Part shown: one piece after another, positions 1 to 10,700 of the stretch
Numbering within the stretch: the stretch's first letter is position 1
How the letters are laid out: each line of letters opens with the position of its first letter
Source of the DNA: Rhodospirillales bacterium 20-60-12
GTDB taxonomy: Bacteria; Pseudomonadota; Alphaproteobacteria; Acetobacterales; Acetobacteraceae
Assembly: GCA_002255495.1 (NCBI GenBank)
Contig: NCAP01000015.1
Coordinates: 9,739 to 33,738, forward strand
Length of the DNA stretch: 24,000 nt
Direction: 5' to 3'
Notes under the pieces: generated by a model
The model's input: only the letters and a program-made list of their open reading frames with translations
The model's database searches: none
Told to the model about the DNA's origin: nothing
Translations under genes and position numbers: made by a program

Positions 1-1
1 G

Positions 2-1000
2 GCGGATGTCGCGCGTTACCGCGATCAAATCCTCGCCCAGGTTGTGCCGCTCCTGGCCCGGTTGCTAGAGGCGCGCCGCGCCGACCAAGGCTGGGATATA
101 TTGTATGTCTGGGACGAGCCCTTGATGGACCCCTTGGGCAATCCCGCGCCACGCGGCGACCATGATCAATTGGTTGAAGCCGGACAGATCATGTTCGACC
201 GAATGGACCCTGGCATGGGGGCGTTTTTCCGGCGGATGAATGAGGGTGGGTTTCTCGATTTGAAAACCCGCCCGACGAAAGCGCCGGGCGGATTTTGTGA
301 AACATTTCCGACCGTCGGCATGCCGGTTATTTTTGCCAATTTCAACGGCACGCACCAGGATATCGGCGTCTTTACCCATGAGATGGGCCATGCGTTACAA
401 TTTTTCGCAAGCCGCAACCTACCCTGGATCGACATGCTGTCACCGACCATCGATGCCTGTGAAATTCATTCCATGGCGCTTGAGATGTTGACCTACCCGC
501 ATATCGGCCTGCTCTTGGGGCAAGATATGGCGCAGCGTTTCCAGCGGATGCATCTGGAAACATGTCTGCATCTCTTGGTCGGCTGCGCGCTGGGCGATCA
601 TTTCCAGCACGAGATTTATGCCAATCCTGACGCGAGCCCCGCCGAACGGCACGCGATCTATCGCGCGCTCGAACAACGTTACATGCCGTGGCGTAATTAT
701 GGGGATTTGGCCTATGCGGCGGCGGGAACCACCTGGCAGCAGGTGCTGCATTTTTATGAAGTGCCGTTTTATTATATCGATTATGCTTTGGCCTGTTGTT
801 GCGCCATGCAGTTCTGGGTGAAGGCCAAGAGCGATCCGCAAGCGGCACTCGCAGATTATCTTGCACTCTGCGCGCGCGGCGGTTCGGCCTCCTTCAGCGA
901 TCTGGTGGCCTCAGCGGGGCTGGTTTCACCTTTCTCCTCCGGCGCGCTGGATGCTGTGGTGCAGCAGGCAGCGGCCGCGCTTGAAGGGAATTCAATTTAA
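2..1000 (+). CDS. M3-family zinc metallopeptidase (oligoendopeptidase F/PepF-like), C-terminal part; the 5' end lies upstream of the window
   Basis: The frame of the listed ORF (44..1000) stays open back to nt 2, so the gene is truncated by the window edge. The HEMGH zinc-binding motif is encoded at 377-391. The downstream pattern (FYYIDYALA...) resembles M3B oligoendopeptidases from memory. Confidence 0.8.
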   Translation, partial: ADVARYRDQILAQVVPLLARLLEARRADQGWDILYVWDEPLMDPLGNPAPRGDHDQLVEAGQIMFDRMDPGMGAFFRRMNEGGFLDLKTRPTKAPGGFCETFPTVGMPVIFANFNGTHQDIGVFTHEMGHALQFFASRNLPWIDMLSPTIDACEIHSMALEMLTYPHIGLLLGQDMAQRFQRMHLETCLHLLVGCALGDHFQHEIYANPDASPAERHAIYRALEQRYMPWRNYGDLAYAAAGTTWQQVLHFYEVPFYYIDYALACCCAMQFWVKAKSDPQAALADYLALCARGGSASFSDLVASAGLVSPFSSGALDAVVQQAAAALEGNSI

Positions 1001-1022
1001 CAATTCGATCAAGGCGTTTGAT

Positions 1023-1514
1023 ATGCGGTTCATGTTGGTCAGTATCTTGATGGCGATTTCAATGGCCGCCACCGCGCGAGCCGAGCCGCCGCCTTCGATT
1101 AAGATCGGTCAATTGACCATCGAGACCGCTTTGCAAATGGCCCGCGCCGCGCTCGATGAATGCCGCAAGGCGGGGTATCAGGTGGCGGTGACGGTCGTTG
1201 ACCGGGATGGTGTGACGCAGCTTTCCGAGCGCGATACGCTGGCAGCCCCCGTCGCCAGCACAATCAGCTTCGAGAAAGCCTATACCAGCGCGATGTTCGA
1301 GGCCAAAGGCAGCGATTTGGCAAAATTCCCCGATCGGGCGGGGCTTGGCAGCGCCAATGCCCATTTGCTGTTCAGCGCGGGGTCCGTGCCGATCAAGGCC
1401 GGTGGCTATTTTTACGGTGCCATCGGCGTCAGCGGCACGCCCAGCGGCGCGCTAGACGAGCAATGCGCGCAGGCCGGGCTGAACGCGGTCAGCGACGCAT
1501 TGGAAATGCAGTAG
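1023..1514 (+). CDS. GlcG/HbpS-like (DUF336) heme-binding family protein, secreted
   Basis: The internal ATG at 1023 gives MRFMLVSILMAISMAATARA-EPP, a Sec signal peptide. The C-terminal GGYFYGAIGVSGTPSGALDEQCA block is the DUF336/GlcG signature. The listed ORF start at 861 overlaps the upstream peptidase gene and is unlikely to be used. Confidence 0.75.
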   Translation: MRFMLVSILMAISMAATARAEPPPSIKIGQLTIETALQMARAALDECRKAGYQVAVTVVDRDGVTQLSERDTLAAPVASTISFEKAYTSAMFEAKGSDLAKFPDRAGLGSANAHLLFSAGSVPIKAGGYFYGAIGVSGTPSGALDEQCAQAGLNAVSDALEMQ

Positions 1515-1566
1515 ATCTGGCGCGCGCTGAGGGTATAAAAGGACGCAAATCAGGGGGCGAAACCAT

Positions 1567-2682
1567 ATGAGCCGCATCCGTTTACTCGTGGGGACCAAAA
1601 AAGGCGCATTCATCATGACCGCAGATGGCGCGCGCGAGGACTGGTCGATATCCGGCCCGTTTTTCCCTGGATGGGAAATCTATCACGTGAAAGCCTCGCC
1701 GGTGAATCCGGACCGGATTTACGCCTCGCAAAGCTCGGGCTGGTTTGGCCAATTGATCCAGCGCTCGGACGATGGCGGCGTAACTTGGAACGCTGTCGGC
1801 AATGATTTCCAATATGACGGCGTGCCAGGCACACACCAAAATTTCGATGGCACCAAGCAGCCCTGGGCATTCAAGCGAGTGTGGCATCTCGAACCATCAC
1901 TGACCTGTGCCGAGACCGTTTATGCCGGGGTTGAGGACGCCGCACTTTTCAAATCGAGCGATGCCGGGGCAAGCTGGCAGGAGCTTTCGGGCCTGCGCCG
2001 ACACGAAACAGGATCGGCCTGGCAACCCGGTGCCGGCGGCATGTGCCTGCACACCATCATTCTCGATCCAACAAATCCAGACCGCATGTTCATTGCGATT
2101 TCAGCAGCCGGCGCGTTTCGCACCGACGATGCCGGCCAAAGCTGGCGGCCGATCAATCGTGGCCTTGTTTCGAGCTTCATGCCCGATCCCCATGCCGAGA
2201 TCGGCCATTGCGTGCATCACATCGCCATGCATCCGGCCCGGCCGAACAGCCTGTTCATGCAAAAACATTGGGACATCATGCGTTCGGATGATGCAGGCGA
2301 TTCCTGGTTTGAAGTGAGCGGCAACCTGCCTACCGATTTCGGATTTGTTATCGACGTGCATGCCCACGAACCCGAGACCCTCTATGTCGTGCCGATCAAG
2401 AGCGATACCGAGCATTTTCCCTTGGATGGAAAATTGCAGGTCTTTCGCAGCCGCAGCGGTGGCCATGATTGGGAGCCGCTGGTCAATGGCCTGCCCCAGG
2501 AGAATTGTTATGTGAACGTATTGCGAGACGCCATGGCGATCGATCGCATGGAATCCTGCGGCATTTATTTCGGCACCACCGGCGGTCAGGTTTATGTCTC
2601 GGCTGATTCAGGGGATCATTGGCAGACCGCGGCCCAGAATCTGCCTGCAGTGCTCTCGATCGAAGTGCAAACTTTGCCGTGA
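1567..2682 (+). CDS. BNR/Asp-box repeat beta-propeller protein (sialidase-like or Ycf48-like fold), function unknown
   Basis: Six S/T-x-D-x-G-x-(T/S)-W type Asp-boxes: [32 protein letters not shown], a degenerate SRSGGHDW, and SADSGDHW. No signal peptide is evident. A purine-rich RBS (cagggggcg) lies upstream of the ATG. Confidence 0.8.
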   Translation: MSRIRLLVGTKKGAFIMTADGAREDWSISGPFFPGWEIYHVKASPVNPDRIYASQSSGWFGQLIQRSDDGGVTWNAVGNDFQYDGVPGTHQNFDGTKQPWAFKRVWHLEPSLTCAETVYAGVEDAALFKSSDAGASWQELSGLRRHETGSAWQPGAGGMCLHTIILDPTNPDRMFIAISAAGAFRTDDAGQSWRPINRGLVSSFMPDPHAEIGHCVHHIAMHPARPNSLFMQKHWDIMRSDDAGDSWFEVSGNLPTDFGFVIDVHAHEPETLYVVPIKSDTEHFPLDGKLQVFRSRSGGHDWEPLVNGLPQENCYVNVLRDAMAIDRMESCGIYFGTTGGQVYVSADSGDHWQTAAQNLPAVLSIEVQTLP

Positions 2683-2984
2683 ATACGCTCATCCATGTTG
2701 AGCTGCCAGCCAGCCTTGGCCTGATCGCGCGCGCCGATCGGCATGTGGCTCTCAGCGTGCCCGCCCCGGTGACGCAGCGGCGGATTCTCGATGCGCTGGA
2801 AGCGCTTTATCCGGTTCTGCGCGGCACCATCCGCGATCAGAGCAGCCAGGTCCGCCGCCCGTTCATCCGGTTCTTTGCCTGCAAAACCGACTTATCGCAT
2901 GAGCCCCCCGATGATCCTCTGCCGCCGGGCATTTGCGACGGCACGGAGATGTTCCTCATCGTCGCCGCCATTGCTGGTGGATGA
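2679..2984 (+). CDS. MoaD/ThiS-family ubiquitin-like beta-grasp protein with a C-terminal Gly-Gly
   Basis: The GTG at 2679 overlaps the TGA of the upstream gene (GTGA). The ~101-aa product ends ...[15 protein letters not shown], matching the MoaD/ThiS pattern DGDEVxxxPPVxGG. The listed longer ORF (from 2619) would overlap the propeller gene by 64 nt. Confidence 0.7.
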   Translation: MNTLIHVELPASLGLIARADRHVALSVPAPVTQRRILDALEALYPVLRGTIRDQSSQVRRPFIRFFACKTDLSHEPPDDPLPPGICDGTEMFLIVAAIAGG

Positions 2985-2997
2985 TGCATCACGACAC

Positions 2998-4782
2998 TCA
3001 AAATGTCGCCAGCGCATCGACATTGATAAAACTGCCGGCGCGGGTATGGCCAGGGATCGGGTGGAATTGCACGCCGGCTTGAATATCCAGCGACAAAATC
3101 GTGCCGAGCGTGTAGTTGGCGCCTAAGCCCAGGCTGGCCAGATCGGTCGATGCGGGATTTCCCGGCTGGGTTTTCACGTCAAATACATGGGCATAATCGA
3201 AAAATATATCGGGCCGCAGCGCATCCGGGCCGATTCCACCTGAAATCCGCGAGAGCAGCGTGAACGGTGGCGCGCGCAATTCATTGCCGATCACCACACC
3301 TTCGCTGCCGCCGGCAATATCGGTCGGGTAGCCGCGCACACTGCCAAAGCCGCCGATGCTGAGCTGCTCGCTGGGCAACAAATTACTGCTCGCCACCTGC
3401 GCTGTCAGGCGGGCCCGCCAGATAAAGCCGCGCGGCAGGGCGGTCAGCCGTTCAACATCGAGCCGGGCATAGACATACTCGGCGCGGGCGTAATAAGTGC
3501 CGCCATTATTGGCCCCGGGCTGAAAGGCAGAGTTGGTATTGCCGCCGGTCAAGCCGCCGGGGCTGAGCACCAATTGCGGCACCAGCGTGGTCTGGCCGTA
3601 ATGATCGCGCAGAGTGGCGCTATAGGTGATCGGAAATTGATCGATCTCGGCACTCGATGTTGAAACGGTCGCGCCGCCGAAAGCGATGTTGTTGTCACTG
3701 GTTTTATAATCATAACCCAGACTGATCTGCTGGATCAGCCCGTGCCAGTCCGGCAACGGATGATCGAAGCGCAGGCTCGCCTGGCCGCTGTGGCCGACAT
3801 TGACGAAACCACTGGGCAGACGAGGAACAACCCGTTCATAATCGCCGAAAATGCGGATCGTATCGCGTGAGGCGAGCGGAATGGTCAGGCTGATCGAATG
3901 GGCCAGATAGCGCGGCAGGTTTGTGCCGCTGGCAAACAGATGCGGATCGCGCAAAAAATCATCGCTGGTGGTGAATTGATAGCCCAGCAAAATACCCCGC
4001 CCCAGCACATTGCCGGTCAGTAGGCCAAGCTTCCAGCGATCATCGCCGGTTAGCGCATTGCCCGCATTATCAAAGCCGATGGTCGCGGCGAGCGGCAATT
4101 GATCATGCACGACCAGATTGAGATTGGTGGTGCCTGCCACGGCTCCTGGCGAGGCCAGCAGATCAACCCGGCGGAACGGATTTTCGTTCAGCCAGGCCAG
4201 ATCCGATTCGACCCGGTTGATATTGATCGTCTGACCCGGCTTGACCCGCAAAGCGGATTTGATCTGCGCGCTTGAGAACCAATGATTATCCCGCACGGTC
4301 ACGGCGCCGACGCGATATTCAAACACCAGATATTGCACAACGCCGGTTGCGATATTTTGCGGCGGCAGCACGACATCGACAAACGGATGGCCCTCGGCGC
4401 GATAGAGCAGAATGATCCGCGCTTCGATGGCATTTAACGTCGCCATGCTCGCCGGCGCGCCGATAAAGCCCAATAAAATCGCGCTGAGTTGTGGCCCGAA
4501 CGCGACATCCTCGCCACTCACGCCCGGGTTGTTCACCCCGGCCGGAACAAGCAATGACGGTGCGCCGACCAGCCGGAGCCCGAGCAAGCGCGGCACAATG
4601 ATACGCGGGCTGCCCGGCGGTGCGGCAGGCGGCGGCGGCACGACAATCCGCGGGGCTTGCAGAGGTTTGAGAACCGGTGGCGCCAGCTGATTATAATTTT
4701 GCGCCAAAGCAGGTGCGGCCAGCGACAATGACGCAGCCCAAATGCCTGCCGTGAGGCAGTGTCGAGCCATTAGCTTGCTCAT
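2998..4782 (-). CDS. Two-partner secretion transporter TpsB (ShlB/FhaC/HecB family Omp85 beta-barrel)
   Basis: Signal peptide MSKLMARHCLTAGIWAASLSLAAPALA-Q, followed by a Pro-rich linker and POTRA-like region. The conserved loop-6 motif is present (FGSVRGYP) and the protein ends in Phe (…ALATF), as outer-membrane barrels typically do. The start ATG overlaps the tpsA stop (ATGA at 4779-4782). Confidence 0.9.
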   Translation of the reverse strand: MSKLMARHCLTAGIWAASLSLAAPALAQNYNQLAPPVLKPLQAPRIVVPPPPAAPPGSPRIIVPRLLGLRLVGAPSLLVPAGVNNPGVSGEDVAFGPQLSAILLGFIGAPASMATLNAIEARIILLYRAEGHPFVDVVLPPQNIATGVVQYLVFEYRVGAVTVRDNHWFSSAQIKSALRVKPGQTININRVESDLAWLNENPFRRVDLLASPGAVAGTTNLNLVVHDQLPLAATIGFDNAGNALTGDDRWKLGLLTGNVLGRGILLGYQFTTSDDFLRDPHLFASGTNLPRYLAHSISLTIPLASRDTIRIFGDYERVVPRLPSGFVNVGHSGQASLRFDHPLPDWHGLIQQISLGYDYKTSDNNIAFGGATVSTSSAEIDQFPITYSATLRDHYGQTTLVPQLVLSPGGLTGGNTNSAFQPGANNGGTYYARAEYVYARLDVERLTALPRGFIWRARLTAQVASSNLLPSEQLSIGGFGSVRGYPTDIAGGSEGVVIGNELRAPPFTLLSRISGGIGPDALRPDIFFDYAHVFDVKTQPGNPASTDLASLGLGANYTLGTILSLDIQAGVQFHPIPGHTRAGSFINVDALATF

Positions 4783-7700
4783 GGCGCGCTCGCGGTGGTG
4801 ATACCGATGATAAAGGGCTTGCCGCTGGCACCACTTGGTTGCACCGCGCTGACCGCACCCGCGACCACCACGGGTGTGAGTTTGGTCGGTTGTAGTTTGG
4901 CCGCTATGGAGCCGACCGCGGCTGTGGGTTTGGCGCTGGTTTTCGGCGTGGTGGGCGTGGCTGTCATTTTATTCGCGATGCTGCTCGGGCCGGTCGCCGT
5001 TTTGCTGCCGGTATCGGTTATTTTCGGTGTTGCAACGGTCGGCTTGGCGGGGCTTGTCGTGGCGGACTTGGCCGGCATTGTCACAGATGATGTTTTTGCC
5101 GCTGCCGAAATTGTTGCAACCGTGGACGGCTTTGCCGCTGTTGTGGTCGACACCTTGCTGGATGAGGCCGCGCCAGTCGTTTTTGCAGCACTGCTGGTCG
5201 CCGGTGTTTTCGCCGCCGCCTGTGAACTGCTCGATGAACTTGACGAACTCGAGTCCGTTGCTGGCGCAGTCTGTGTTGCGAAATTCTGGCTCGCCGCGGC
5301 GGTATCAAGCAAAGGTTGATTTGCGGGATTGGCCGCAGCCGTTACGGCCCCAGCCATGGCGGTTGCAGCCGCCGCCGCGGCATCATTGAGCGCCGACGTG
5401 GTATCCCCCGCGCTATTGGCGGCACTCGCTGTACCGGCCGCGCCGCTTGCGGCATTGGTGGCCCCGATGATCGTATCGAGTGCGGCGCTGATCGCGCTCG
5501 ATGCGGAATCGGTCGCGCTGCTGGACGAAGCGGGGATCACCGCAAGCGCGCCCGCCGAAGGCGAGGCGCCGACGCTGTTATCAATTCCCGTCAAGGCCGA
5601 TATCAACGCCGCGACGCCGGTGCTCGTGGCGGGTGTGGCCGGTGCGGTCGCTGCGGCACTGCCCGGGCTCAATGCAGCTGCAGCCGCATCGGCGGCAGCA
5701 GAGGTCCCATTTCCTATGGCGGAAACAGCCTTACCCGTGGAGATATAGTCGCTGAACATGGAACTTGCAGCGCCGGCCGTCGGGCTTGCCGCGGCAGGAG
5801 CCGCAGGTGTCAGGCTGGTCGCCACCGTGTAGCTCTGCATCATCTGATAATCCTGCGATCCGGCAAAACTCGTCTGGCTGCCATCGGCGCTGTTATATTG
5901 GCCTGCCGGTCCGGATGCAGCGGCGACGGCCGTTCCCACCGCCGTGAAAGCGGCGCTGAACGCAGCTTTCGCCGTCGCTTCGACTGAGGTCTGCGTGCCC
6001 AGCGCCATATCGCCATTTGGATTATTGATGGTGCTGCCTGTCAGCCCCGTGTCCGGCGTGCTCGGCACGACCGGTGCAGGTGCTGCCGGCGTGACCGAGA
6101 CCAGACTGGCGGTCGGTGAATACGAGCTTATGCCCAAGGATGGCCCGGTGCTGCCATTGGCGTTGAGCAATGAATTGGACAGCGGTGCAATGGCATTCAC
6201 GCTGGCGTCACCGGGCGTGCTTGCAGCTTGGGTCGTCGCAGCTTGGGTGGTCGCAGCCGGGGTGTCCGCCGTGCTAGGCGTACTCGGCGTGCTCGGGGCC
6301 GGCGGATTGAAGTTTTTACTGAACAGATTGCCTGCTGGCGTCACAGAATTGAGACCGCTATTGGCGATAATATCCTGGCCGTTGCTCAGCGGCGTACCGG
6401 CCACGGAATCTGGCGTCAGGCCGCTCGGGCCATAGCCCAGCGGATCGCTCGATCCACCGCCGCCGCCTTTGGCGGCCGGCGCTGTCGCATCATAAATGCC
6501 GCTCGTCGTCTGGCCGGAATCATAGCCTTGAACGCCCATATCCGTCGTGTAAGGGGCGGCACTGGTGCCGCCGGTGCCTTTGCCGGCCTTGGTGCCAGGC
6601 CCCGGTGCGGTAACGGTCGTTGGATTGATGGAGGCCGCACCGGCCGAGGAGATACCCGTGGCGCCGACGATCGAGCCCGACCCGAACGAGCCTGCCTGCA
6701 TCCCGCCCTGTCCCGGCATGCCGGCGAACGAAGCGCCGGCCGAAGAGACCCCGGTTGCGAAAATGATCGAGCCGGGTGCGAGCCCCGTAGGCGTCAGCCC
6801 GCCTTGGCCGAACAAATCAGCGAGCGAGGTGCCCGCAGCACTGTCACTTTGCGCAGCCTGCGCCAAACTGCCGGTAGGAATGCCGTTATTCATGACGCTG
6901 TTGCTGACATTGATCGGCGCGCCATCGAGGCCGAGCGCGTCATAGCTGATCGTCGTCGTCATCATGGTGGCAGGATTCGGCAGCATGGTGTTGGTCGGAT
7001 CATTGATCAAGGCAACATCCACCATCACCGAATTGCCCGCGTCAAAACCACTCAAATTGAGCGGTTTGGTCACACCATTATTGCTGCCTGCGGTTTTCGG
7101 CGCGATCGTGGATTTGCCTGCCGGCGGCGCGCGTGTGGTCAGCCCGATTTTGATCAGCTGCGCGGCCAATTGATTGGCTTTCGCAATGATGGCAGCGGCA
7201 GCCGCGGCGGCCGAATTGGTCGGCGTTTTAGGCGGTGGGTTTTTCGGCGGCGGCGGGGGGTTCTTCGGCGGCGGCGGCGGATTTTTCGGCGGCGGCGGCG
7301 GCGGTGCCGCCAAGCCCGGGAACAAGCCGGTCTGGAAAGCAAGGTAAGGCAGCGCGCGCGGAGTCGCCGGGAACGTCCAGATTGCCGGCGCAAAACCACC
7401 GAAGCGGGCGGTGCCGGTGGTGGATGAGACAGTAAATGTGCCGGTCGAGCCGCTGCCATTGCCGATCGCTTTTGACGTCGCCGACAAAGCAGGGTCGAAA
7501 AATCCGTTCGCCACACTGCCGGAGCCGACCAGTGCGCCGACATCCGCACCCGAGCCGCCGCTGACCGCACCGGCAGCATAAATATTCGTCGCGGTATCGT
7601 AATTCAGCCCGATGACGCCACCGACATAGGTCACGGCACTGCCGATACTGGGACCACCAGAGACAGCGCCTGTCGCATAACTATCGCTGACCGGGCCGGA

Positions 7701-10700
7701 ATAATTCCACCCGACGAGCCCGCCCACGCTTTCACCATTGAGCGAACCCGTATTGCCCGCCCCAGTTCCGCCCTGCACAGTGCCGGTGGCGAAACTTTGC
7801 TTGATGGTCGCGTAATTGACCGCGACCAGACCGCCGATATTACTGCCGCTGCCGGCACTGACATTGCCCGTTGCATAGGATTGCGAAATGGTCCCGAAAT
7901 TCGACGCGACCAATCCGCCAATCGTTGAATTACTACTTGTGCTGAGCACCTGCCCGCTTTCGCCAGAGAGTATGATTGTTCCGTTATTTCCACCCGCGAC
8001 ACCACCGATATAACTATTGGGTGCAGTCACACTGGCAGCAGAAAAACTGTTGCTGATCGTGCCATCATTATATCCAACGATGCCACCCACGCCACGGCCT
8101 TGTGGACCCGATGACGAGGTGACAGCGCCGCTGACCGTGACATTATTGATCACGCCCGCGCTATCGTTGATGCCCGCGACCGGACCGAACCCGCCGATCG
8201 GCTCACCCCCGCCAGGCGATGTTGCGGTATTGAGGATGGAGACATTGCCGAAATTGATATTCTCGATCGTCCCTGCATTATCAACGAACATCCCGAAATT
8301 CCCGCCCGTATTATCGGTGATCGAGAGATTATTGATGCTATAGCCGAACCCGTTGAGCACGCCCGCAAAACGCGAAATCGGCGTGAAATTGCCGGTGAGA
8401 TTGATATTGGTATTCAGCGCGAAACTGGCACCCGGCGCGATCGCGATTTGAGTGAGATCATGTTGGCTGTCGAGCAATTGATAATAAATGAGCTTGCCCA
8501 CGACATTATTATAAACGCCGCTCGGATTGGGAAAGCCCGGCGGATGATCAAACACGGTTAAAGTGCCATAAGGAATTTGAAAGCCGCCCGGCAGAAGCAC
8601 ATAGCCTTGGTCGGTGGCTTTACTATCGGCATATAAGGTTGCTTGCGCGCCGGTGCCGGACACCGAAATGGGTGCAGTACCGATAATATTATGCACCGCC
8701 GCAATGTTCAAAAATCCCGCCGCACTCAAGCCGTTGACGCCGCCGAAATTGGTGATGTCAATCGAGCCACTTGTCGCCAGCGCCAGCGCACCGGTTTGCC
8801 CCGCCAATTGCGTGATGGCGTTGCCGGCATTGTTCAAATTCACCGTCCCCCCTTCGAGCAGCAATTGAGAAACGACAAGCGGTACGCTCTGCCCGATCGC
8901 TGTGGGGTTTGATAATGCCAGGGTAAAATTGGGAATATTGGCAACCGCCTGATCCATCGTCAGGCTGGCGCCACTGCCGGCGAAAATAAGCGTGTTTGTG
9001 GCGTTCAATGGTATGATGCCGGTCGCGCCTATCTCGGCATCGGCCGGGGTGGCGCCCAGGCCGCTGAGATATTGCGCAAAGATCGATTTGGCGCTGGTCG
9101 ATGCGCTGTTGAGCCAAACCGTATCGGCGGCAATCGCCAGCCCGGCCACGGAACCTGTTGTGCCGGCCAGCAAAGTTTGCCCGCCATCGGCGGTGAGAAC
9201 CAGATTTTTGCCGGTGGCGATGCTGCCCGAGGGCAGTAAAAACTCATAACTTCCATCGGCGAAACTTGTCGCGTTACCGCTGCTGAGCAGGGAATTCAGC
9301 GCCTTGCCGTTCAACACGGCATTCACCACCTGGCCCGATTGCACGCTGCCGCCGATCGAGGCGGAACTGACCGTGCCGGAAATAACATCCGGTGCCGACG
9401 GCGCCTGCCAGGTGAGATAGGGGAACAAAGCGCCGGCCGCGATTTGCCAGGTGCCGGCGGCAAAGCCCGCTGGCAAAATACTGGATAAAGCGGCACTCGT
9501 CAGGCCCGTGCCGAACCCGCCCGCGCTGTCGGCGGTCAGCCCGCTGGTCGATTGATCCCAATAGACATTGCTGCCGGTCGCGGCACTGCCAAGGACCTGC
9601 CCGCTATCCCCACCGATTGTCACATTTTGGTCGGTGGCGGTGTCGCGGACGATGCCGATCGCCAGATCGCGCGCCAAATTGCCACCCGATACCGACCCCG
9701 CGAGGCCGCCCAATGCAACACCGTTGGCATTATTCGACGCTGCCGTGGTGACACTGCCCGCGCTATAGGAATCCTCAACCACGCCGCCCGTGATGCTGCC
9801 CGCCAGACCACCGAGTGCGACTGGACTGGTGCCGGCAGATGGTCCCGTGCCGGGCCCCTGCCAGCCGACCGCAGAGCCTGCAAAATCCTGCGCCAAAGTC
9901 CCGGCATTCTGCGCACCCACCAGGCCGCCGACATCGCCGCTGCCGGTCAGAGCGACGCTGCCGACCGCACTTGATTGCTCGATCATGCCACTATTGGCAC
10001 CGGCCAGCCCGCCTGCATGGCTGATCCCGACACCACCATGGCCCGTAACCGTTCCCGACGCCGCGACCCCGGCAATGATGCCCGCATTATCCCCAGCCAG
10101 AATGCCGGTATCGCCCACGCCATTATTCGCAATCGCCGCATTGCTCAGCGTCAGATCATAAATCACCGCGGGGCTCGCCAGGGAGCTGAACAGCCCGACC
10201 GCCCCAGTGCCATTGACCGTGAGGCCGGAAATCGTCAGCCCTTGACCATATAACGTCCCCGCAAACCCCGCCGCGATAGGCGTAAAATTCGCACCTGCCG
10301 CATTGATCGCGCGGCCCAATGCGTAAATGCCGGTCTGGTTGCTCCCCAGCGCCTGCAAATTCGCCAGGGAATTCACCAGCATATAGGCGGTCACCTGCGA
10401 AGTGACGCCGGGATTAACCGCAATGCCGGCCGAATAATCGACCGGCGCCGAATAGCCGCCGGCCGGGTTATAGAAAATCGTCACATGGCCGGTGCTGCCG
10501 GCGAAATTGATCTGGCCGTTCAACGCGACAGCACCGCTGCCATCGCCGGTGTTATCGGCCCGAAGCGTGAGGCTGCCCGATCCGCTCTGCGTCACGCTGA
10601 CACCGGCATTGAGGATGATATTGTGATAGGCGCTCAGCGTCAGGCTGTTCGAGCCCGACCATGCGACATTCGCGGCGATATTGATGTCACCCGCTTGCTT

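Noticed and set aside
861-1022. N-terminal extension of the GlcG-like ORF, and similarly 2619-2678 for the MoaD-like ORF and 22288-22431 for MreD
   Set aside because: The extensions overlap the preceding genes in another frame and encode implausible Arg/Trp/Cys-rich leaders. Internal starts give a proper signal peptide, stop-start coupling and the expected protein size.
5215-5260. Poly-serine run (nine Ser) in TpsA as a possible slippage-prone homopolymeric tract
   Set aside because: The Ser codons are mixed (TCG/AGT/TCA/AGC), so there is no simple nucleotide repeat. It is compositional rather than a contingency locus.
4795-7427. Several long plus-strand ORFs inside the tpsA footprint (e.g. 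4795-5319, 5316-5987, 5944-6435, and 6228-7427 at 399 aa)
   Set aside because: They are antisense to a well-supported 7.2-kb gene. Their products are Arg/Gly/Ala-rich nonsense typical of shadow ORFs in GC-rich DNA, and they carry no motifs or plausible starts/RBS.
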